DNA of 32,000 nucleotides from Vibrio vulnificus CMCP6 (GTDB lineage Bacteria; Pseudomonadota; Gammaproteobacteria; Enterobacterales; Vibrionaceae): NCBI RefSeq assembly GCF_000039765.1, contig NC_004459.3, positions 1,680,001 to 1,712,000 of the forward strand, read 5' to 3'. Shown piece by piece: positions 26,684 to 32,000 of this stretch (position 1 is its first letter; each line of letters starts with the position of its first letter). The notes under the pieces were generated by a model. It saw only the letters and a program-made list of their open reading frames with translations, ran no database searches and was not told where the DNA came from. The position numbers and the translations under genes were made by a program.

Positions 26684-27772
26684 ATGATGAACTTGAACGA
26701 AAAACCTTTCAACGCTCCCAACGCTTTGCTGGATCCAAACAGCGCACAAAAAGTACTTCAGTTAGTGGTGGTGTTAACGCTACTGACCTTTATTCCTCTC
26801 GCAATAAAGAATTTCTACATTGGTCACTGGTATCTTGCACTGCTGATGGTGGCCTTTGAGATCGGTTTTATTATCGAAGTCGTCGGGATTTGTTGCTTAA
26901 AACGAAGTGTGATTGGCCATCGTATCCCCCTTGGCTTTTTGTTGGCTTCGATTGTTTGCAGTGTGGCCATTTTTGGCACATTGGCGACCTATTGGGTATT
27001 TCCGATCATCATCGCTTTGGTGTTTATCATTCCTCACCATGACGCCATTGTGACTAATGTGCTGATGATTATTGGCTGCACTTGGGCTGCGGCGATGAAG
27101 CAAGACCTCGAGATTATGTATCGTTTTGCCATTGCCTTGGCATTTTGCGCTGTCATTGCCCATTTTGCCGTGTGGTTGATTGTTCGGTTACAGAGCAAGC
27201 TGCGTTATCTCTCGACACGCGATGTGATGACTGGGGCACTGAATCGACATCAATTGGATCTGTTTTTGCAGCGAGCACTTGATGGTCACAAGCGATACAC
27301 TGCCTCATCCATTGCAATCATCGATATTGATTTTTTTAAGCAGGTCAATGACCGTTATGGTCATGATGTCGGTGATGAGGTGATCAATTTAGTTGTCGAG
27401 ACGATTCAGCACAATACGCGGGAAGTGGATCTGCTGTTTCGCTTAGGAGGCGATGAATTTCTGTTGCTGTTTGAAAACACTTCGGCCTCGTCTGCATTGT
27501 TGATTGTCAGCCACCTTTGCCAAAAAGTACGTAAGCAAGCCTACCCAAAGCACGCTAGTGTGACGTTGAGTGCAGGTATTGCGGAATGTCTGGAGGGGGA
27601 TGATGTTGAGTCGTGGTTGAAGCGAGCTGATGTTGCGCTGTATCAGAGCAAAGAGAATGGTCGGGATAGGGTGACGCTTTCCGAGCCGCACAATCTGCAT
27701 CGTCACACAAAAGAGGAGACTGATTGGCCCTCGTTTAGGCAAACGACAACCGGTGATCATGTCAGTCGTTAG
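26684..27772 (+). CDS. Membrane-anchored diguanylate cyclase (multi-TM N-terminus plus GGDEF with I-site)
   Basis: 362 aa. About 5-6 hydrophobic segments lie in the first 170 aa. REVD-x5-GGDEF (nt 27419-27460) is the canonical RxxD inhibitory site followed by the active-site motif. Confidence 0.88.
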   Translation: MMNLNEKPFNAPNALLDPNSAQKVLQLVVVLTLLTFIPLAIKNFYIGHWYLALLMVAFEIGFIIEVVGICCLKRSVIGHRIPLGFLLASIVCSVAIFGTLATYWVFPIIIALVFIIPHHDAIVTNVLMIIGCTWAAAMKQDLEIMYRFAIALAFCAVIAHFAVWLIVRLQSKLRYLSTRDVMTGALNRHQLDLFLQRALDGHKRYTASSIAIIDIDFFKQVNDRYGHDVGDEVINLVVETIQHNTREVDLLFRLGGDEFLLLFENTSASSALLIVSHLCQKVRKQAYPKHASVTLSAGIAECLEGDDVESWLKRADVALYQSKENGRDRVTLSEPHNLHRHTKEETDWPSFRQTTTGDHVSR

Positions 27773-27904
27773 GATCAAAGTTGCCGATTGGTCGAGAATA
27801 AGCGAGAATACCGCGCAAAATTGAATCTACTCAGGAATCTGGTTAGTCACCTCACATGACGTGCACCGATTTCCGGCTCAGATAAAACACAGAAGACCAG
27901 TTTC

Positions 27905-29494
27905 ATGTCAAATGCTCCTTTTTTAAGCGAAGTGTCTAAACGTAGAACGTTCGCGATCATCTCGCACCCAGATGCGGGTAAAACAACTATCACAGAAAAA
28001 GTCCTGCTTTTCGGACGTGCGATTCAAACCGCAGGTACAGTAAAAGGTCGTGGTTCTAGCCAGCACGCTAAGTCTGACTGGATGGAAATGGAAAAAGAAC
28101 GTGGTATCTCGGTGACAACATCGGTGATGCAGTTCCCGTACAACGATTGCTTAGTGAACCTACTCGATACTCCGGGGCACGAAGACTTCTCGGAAGATAC
28201 TTACCGTACGCTAACGGCGGTTGACTCGTGTTTGATGGTGATCGACGCCGCGAAAGGTGTTGAGGATCGTACTCGCAAGCTTATGGAAGTCACCCGTCTG
28301 CGTGATACGCCGATCGTGACCTTTATGAACAAATTGGACCGTGATATTCGCGATCCGATGGAACTGCTTGATGAAGTCGAGAGCGAGCTGAATATTGCTT
28401 GCGCCCCGGTTTCTTGGCCAATCGGTTGTGGTAAAGAGTTCAAAGGCGTTTATCACATCCATCGTGATGAGACCATTTTGTACTCAACGGGTCAGGGACA
28501 CACGATTCAAGAGCAGCGTATCATCAAAGGTCTTGATAACCCTGATTTGGATGCTGAGGTTGGTGCGGATCTCGCTGAGCAACTGCGTGAAGAGTTGGAA
28601 CTGGTTCTTGGTGCGTCTCACGAGTTTGATCAAGAGATGTTCCTAAAAGGTGAATTGACTCCGGTATTCTTTGGTACTGCATTGGGTAACTTTGGTGTTG
28701 ACCACATGCTTGATGGTTTGACAGATTGGGCGCCAGCGCCGCTACCGCGTCAAGCCAATGAACGTGCAGTGGAAGCCACTGAAGACAAGTTCACTGGTTT
28801 CGTCTTTAAGATTCAGGCGAACATGGATCCTAAGCACCGCGACCGTATCGCGTTTATGCGTATTGTGTCGGGCACGTATACTCAAGGCATGAAGATGAAT
28901 CACGTTCGCTTGGGTAAACAAGTGAACATTTCTGATGCCGTGACCTTCATGGCGGGCGATCGTTCTCGCGCGGAAGCTGCGTATGCTGGTGACATCATTG
29001 GTTTGCATAACCATGGCACTATCCAGATTGGTGACACCTTTACCCAAGGTGAATCGCTGAAGTTCTCTGGTATTCCAAACTTTGCGCCTGAGCTATTCCG
29101 TCGTATTCGTCTGCGCGATCCTCTGAAGCAAAAACAACTACTAAAAGGCCTTGTTCAGCTTTCAGAAGAAGGTGCAGTACAGGTATTCCGTCCTCTGCAG
29201 AACAACGATTTGATCGTGGGCGCAGTTGGTGTGCTTCAGTTTGATGTTGTTGTGGCGCGTTTGAAATCTGAATACAACGTAGAAGCGATTTACGAGAGTG
29301 TGAACGTAGCGACGGCACGTTGGGTTGAATGTGGTGATGCGAAGAAGCTAGACGAGTTCCAGCGTAAGAACCAAACTAACCTAGCACTGGATGGTGGCGA
29401 TAACTTAACGTACATTGCCCCAACCATGGTAAACCTCAATCTTGCCAAAGAGCGTTTCCCTGAAGTGGAATTCCGAGCGACTCGTGAACACTAA
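27905..29494 (+). CDS. prfC: Peptide chain release factor 3
   Basis: 529 aa. GTPase motifs [14 protein letters not shown] and NKLD are present, and the full length is typical of RF3. Confidence 0.96.
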   Translation: MSNAPFLSEVSKRRTFAIISHPDAGKTTITEKVLLFGRAIQTAGTVKGRGSSQHAKSDWMEMEKERGISVTTSVMQFPYNDCLVNLLDTPGHEDFSEDTYRTLTAVDSCLMVIDAAKGVEDRTRKLMEVTRLRDTPIVTFMNKLDRDIRDPMELLDEVESELNIACAPVSWPIGCGKEFKGVYHIHRDETILYSTGQGHTIQEQRIIKGLDNPDLDAEVGADLAEQLREELELVLGASHEFDQEMFLKGELTPVFFGTALGNFGVDHMLDGLTDWAPAPLPRQANERAVEATEDKFTGFVFKIQANMDPKHRDRIAFMRIVSGTYTQGMKMNHVRLGKQVNISDAVTFMAGDRSRAEAAYAGDIIGLHNHGTIQIGDTFTQGESLKFSGIPNFAPELFRRIRLRDPLKQKQLLKGLVQLSEEGAVQVFRPLQNNDLIVGAVGVLQFDVVVARLKSEYNVEAIYESVNVATARWVECGDAKKLDEFQRKNQTNLALDGGDNLTYIAPTMVNLNLAKERFPEVEFRATREH

Positions 29495-29535
29495 TCACGC
29501 TAATGTGCGCGTTTGGTTCGCATAATCTGTTTGCT

Positions 29536-29571
29536 AAGAGCCCTAAGTTTGTCGCTTAGGGCTCTTTTTTA
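29536..29571 (+). terminator. prfC intrinsic terminator
   Basis: AAGAGCCCTAAG-TTTGTCG-CTTAGGGCTCTT followed by TTTT. Confidence 0.85.
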
Positions 29572-29624
29572 TCTGCGGTAAAAGACGATAATGAAAGGGC
29601 AATCATCACAGTAAGGAAGTGCAC

Positions 29625-29762
29625 ATGCAATGGTGGCGAAAGTGGTTAAAACGTTATGATAACTGGTGTAAAGAGATGGGATTAACGCCTGAACAAAAGC
29701 GCAGTTGTGTTCCGTACAAAAAAGATCCAGCGCGAGAAAAGAAAAGCGATGAAACTGTTTGA
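29625..29762 (+). CDS. Hypothetical small basic protein (45 aa), coupled to the downstream hydrolase gene
   Basis: Manual translation gives MQWWRKWLKRYDNWCKEMGLTPEQKRSCVPYKKDPAREKKSDETV*. A strong TAAGGAAG RBS (29612-29619) lies 5 nt upstream of the ATG. The stop overlaps the next gene's start region by 14 nt. It is below the ORF-track length cutoff. Confidence 0.5.
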   Translation: MQWWRKWLKRYDNWCKEMGLTPEQKRSCVPYKKDPAREKKSDETV

Positions 29763-30546
29763 TACGCATTGCCATCTCGATTTTGACGTTTTCGAACCAG
29801 CGCGCTCACAGCATCTTCAAAGAGGGCTTGAGGTCGGTGTAGAACGTTTGTTACTGCCATCCGTTGGTCCCGATAACTGGCAAAAAGTAAAAACACTGGC
29901 GCAATGGTCTGCAATGCCATCTGAACAGACTCGGCCTGCAATCTTTTATGCGTTGGGCTTTCATCCCTATTTTTTGACGTTGGATTATCAGCAAAAACAA
30001 AGTGCTCTTCTGGCTTTGTTGGACGAGCGTGACACTCGCTGTGTAGCCATCGGGGAATGCGGTTTGGATGATGGGGTTGAACAAGACACGGCATTGCAAG
30101 AGCAGGCGTTGAACTACCAGCTCGATTTGGCCAAGCAGTATCAACTGCCGGTTATTTTGCACAATCGACGATGTCACAATCGACTCATTCAATTAGTCAA
30201 AGCGGCTCGGCTACCAAAAGGCGGCGTTATCCATGCGTTTTCTGGTAGCTATGAGCAGGGAATGGAGTGGGTACGTTTGGGTTTTTATCTTGGGGTCGGG
30301 GGAACCATTACCTACCCCAGAGCGAACAAAACGCGCCAAGCGATCAGTCGACTCCCTTTAGAAAAACTGCTGCTTGAAACCGATGCGCCAGATATGCCGA
30401 TATTTGGCTTTCAAGGAAAGCTCAATACACCCGCTCAGATTATTCATCCACTAAATGAGTTGGGTTTGTTGCATAATCAAACAAAGCAAACGATTGCCTC
30501 TCAAATCTGGAAAAATAGCAATTCTCTGTTCTCTATCTGTGAATGA
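29749..30546 (+). CDS. TatD-family metal-dependent hydrolase (YjjV-like)
   Basis: The start is chosen at ATG 29749 (MKLFDTHCHLDF..., the canonical TatD N-terminal HxH motif). The tracked start at 29707 is an upstream extension. The conserved GECGLD, HNR, IHAFSG and ETDAPD motifs are present. Confidence 0.88.
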   Translation: MKLFDTHCHLDFDVFEPARSQHLQRGLEVGVERLLLPSVGPDNWQKVKTLAQWSAMPSEQTRPAIFYALGFHPYFLTLDYQQKQSALLALLDERDTRCVAIGECGLDDGVEQDTALQEQALNYQLDLAKQYQLPVILHNRRCHNRLIQLVKAARLPKGGVIHAFSGSYEQGMEWVRLGFYLGVGGTITYPRANKTRQAISRLPLEKLLLETDAPDMPIFGFQGKLNTPAQIIHPLNELGLLHNQTKQTIASQIWKNSNSLFSICE

Positions 30547-30587
30547 AATCTAAAAAACTTGTTTAAAGAAAATCTCGTTCGGTATGT

Positions 30588-30692
30588 TATTGTGAGTTTA
30601 CTCACAAATGGAGGTGAATTAGCGATGAATCTTATGGGAAAGTGTGAAGGTGGCATTACTTTAATTATTGGGGCATGAGTATAATGGCCCCC
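30588..30692 (+). promoter_or_regulatory. Candidate CRP-dependent promoter of the nucleoside transporter (two CRP sites plus -10)
   Basis: CRP-1 is TATTGTGAGTTTACTCACAAAT (30588-30609), with perfect TGTGA-n6-TCACA. CRP-2 is TGTGA-AGGTGG-CATTA (core 30643-30658), with a weak right half. The site centres are 52 bp apart. TATAAT lies at 30680-30685, which places CRP-2 near -41.5 and CRP-1 near -93.5. Confidence 0.6.
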
Positions 30693-30751
30693 GCTTAATA
30701 GCTCCATTTTGTAACACGCCAATAAATAACTTAATAAGGAAGTCATAAACT

Positions 30752-32000
30752 ATGAGCCTGTTTATGAGCCTAGTCGGTATGGCAGTATTGCTAGGAATTG
30801 CATTACTACTGTCAGATAACCGTAAAGCTATCAATCTTAGAACTGTGGCTGGCGCTTTTGCTATCCAATTCATCATCGGTGGTTTCGTTCTTTACGTACC
30901 ATGGGGTCGTGATCTACTAGCGGGTTTCTCTGCTGGTGTTCAAAACGTGATCGACTATGGTAAAGACGGTACTGGTTTCTTGTTCGGCAGCCTAGTTAAC
31001 TTCTCAGTTGACGGTATCGGCTTCATCTTTGCTTTCCAAGTACTACCAACACTGATTTTCTTCTCAGCACTTATCTCTGTACTTTACTACATTGGTGTGA
31101 TGCAGTGGGTTATCAAGATCCTAGGTGGCGGCCTTCAGAAAGCACTAGGTACTTCTCGTGCCGAGTCAATGTCTGCAGCAGCTAACATCTTCGTTGGTCA
31201 AACTGAAGCGCCACTAGTGGTTCGTCCGTTTGTACCAAAAATGACTCAATCTGAGCTATTTGCAGTAATGTGTGGTGGTCTAGCGTCTGTTGCTGGTGGT
31301 GTACTAGCAGGTTACGCATCTATGGGTGTACCTCTAGAGTACCTTGTAGCAGCATCATTCATGGCAGCACCTGGTGGTCTACTGTTCGCTAAAATCATCA
31401 AACCAGAAGTTGATACTCCAAATGAAAGCTTGGAAGACAACATTGATGGTGGTGACGACAAGCCAGCTAACGTTATCGACGCAGCAGCAGGCGGTGCATC
31501 AGTTGGTCTACAACTAGCACTAAACGTTGGTGCAATGCTACTCGCATTCGTTGGTCTAATCGCACTAGTTAACGGCATCCTAGGTGGTGTTGGTGGTTGG
31601 TTTGGCATGGAAAACCTAACTCTAGAACTTATTCTAGGTTGGTTGTTCGCGCCGCTAGCATTCCTAATCGGTGTTCCATGGGCTGAAGCAACATTTGCTG
31701 GTTCTTTCATCGGTCAAAAACTGGTTGTAAACGAATTCGTAGCTTACCTAAACTTCGTACCTTACGTTGGTGATGCAGCACAAGTTGTTCCAGCAACAGG
31801 TCAAGTAATGTCTGAGAAGACTCAAGCAATCATCGCCTTCGCTCTATGTGGTTTCGCAAACCTTTCTTCTATCGCGATTCTACTTGGTGGTCTAGGTAGC
31901 CTTGCTCCTGCTCGTCGTCACGACATCGCTCGTATGGGTGTTAAAGCGGTTGCAGCGGGTACGCTATCTAACCTAATGGCAGCGACCATTGCTGGCTTCT
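30752..32000 (+). CDS. nupC: NupC-family concentrative nucleoside transporter (3' end outside window)
   Basis: It is absent from the ORF track because no stop is reached. Manual translation gives [54 protein letters not shown]...[15 protein letters not shown]..., typical of the CNT/NupC family. An AAGGAAG RBS lies 8 nt upstream. Confidence 0.85.
   Translation, partial: MSLFMSLVGMAVLLGIALLLSDNRKAINLRTVAGAFAIQFIIGGFVLYVPWGRDLLAGFSAGVQNVIDYGKDGTGFLFGSLVNFSVDGIGFIFAFQVLPTLIFFSALISVLYYIGVMQWVIKILGGGLQKALGTSRAESMSAAANIFVGQTEAPLVVRPFVPKMTQSELFAVMCGGLASVAGGVLAGYASMGVPLEYLVAASFMAAPGGLLFAKIIKPEVDTPNESLEDNIDGGDDKPANVIDAAAGGASVGLQLALNVGAMLLAFVGLIALVNGILGGVGGWFGMENLTLELILGWLFAPLAFLIGVPWAEATFAGSFIGQKLVVNEFVAYLNFVPYVGDAAQVVPATGQVMSEKTQAIIAFALCGFANLSSIAILLGGLGSLAPARRHDIARMGVKAVAAGTLSNLMAATIAGF

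Noticed and set aside
26674-26859. A 61-aa ORF starting 10 nt upstream of the diguanylate cyclase gene in another frame.
   Set aside because: It is fully overlapped by the 362-aa GGDEF protein, whose frame shows clear TM and catalytic motifs. The short frame has none.
30610-30642. A search for CytR operator half-sites between the two CRP sites upstream of nupC.
   Set aside because: No TGCAA-type motif is visible in the inter-CRP spacer. Only the CRP architecture is reported.
30501-30876. Two minus-strand ORFs (30501-30746 and 30661-30876) in the nupC upstream region.
   Set aside because: They cover the predicted promoter and CRP sites and run antisense to the nupC 5' end. They show no coding signatures and are best explained as chance ORFs in AT-rich DNA.

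Overview
This window reads as a Vibrionaceae chromosome backbone, a judgement from protein sequences and gene order only. The conserved order is infB-rbfA-truB-rpsO-pnp-nlpI, then a MarR/MATE pair, ubiV-ubiU, ubiT-yhbS, holD-rimI, prfC, a TatD-family hydrolase and a NupC-type transporter. Three accessory layers sit on this backbone.

(1) An intact IS4-type insertion sequence (3509-4938) has 18-bp inverted repeats and an 11-bp target duplication. It landed in the loop of the truB terminator hairpin.

(2) A ~7.1-kb island (about 5389-12481) lies between the rpsO terminator and the pnp leader. It encodes an orphan ~1180-aa type VI secretion effector: an N-terminal PAAR domain, a low-complexity linker, a complete tripartite MIX motif and a C-terminal multi-helix hydrophobic (VasX/Tme-like) module. 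The effector stop overlaps the start of a tandem array of four paralogous three-TM proteins, which are presumed immunity genes. A truncated fifth copy follows. The array is mosaic: variable N- and C-modules are shuffled around a core that is identical at nucleotide level, and one copy carries an in-frame hexanucleotide expansion. The toxin end of the effector and the array form a visibly AT-rich block, distinct from the PAAR-MIX part of the same gene.

(3) Three c-di-GMP turnover genes are inserted into otherwise enteric-like synteny. One of them separates ubiT from ubiU-ubiV.

Smaller observations: a perfect 14-bp-arm palindrome over the marR promoter; a deoP2-like tandem CRP-site promoter upstream of nupC; a 45-codon ORF coupled to the TatD-family gene; and several intrinsic terminators.

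No rRNA, tRNA or CRISPR features were seen. Functional calls for the island are inferences from motifs and gene order, not from database searches.
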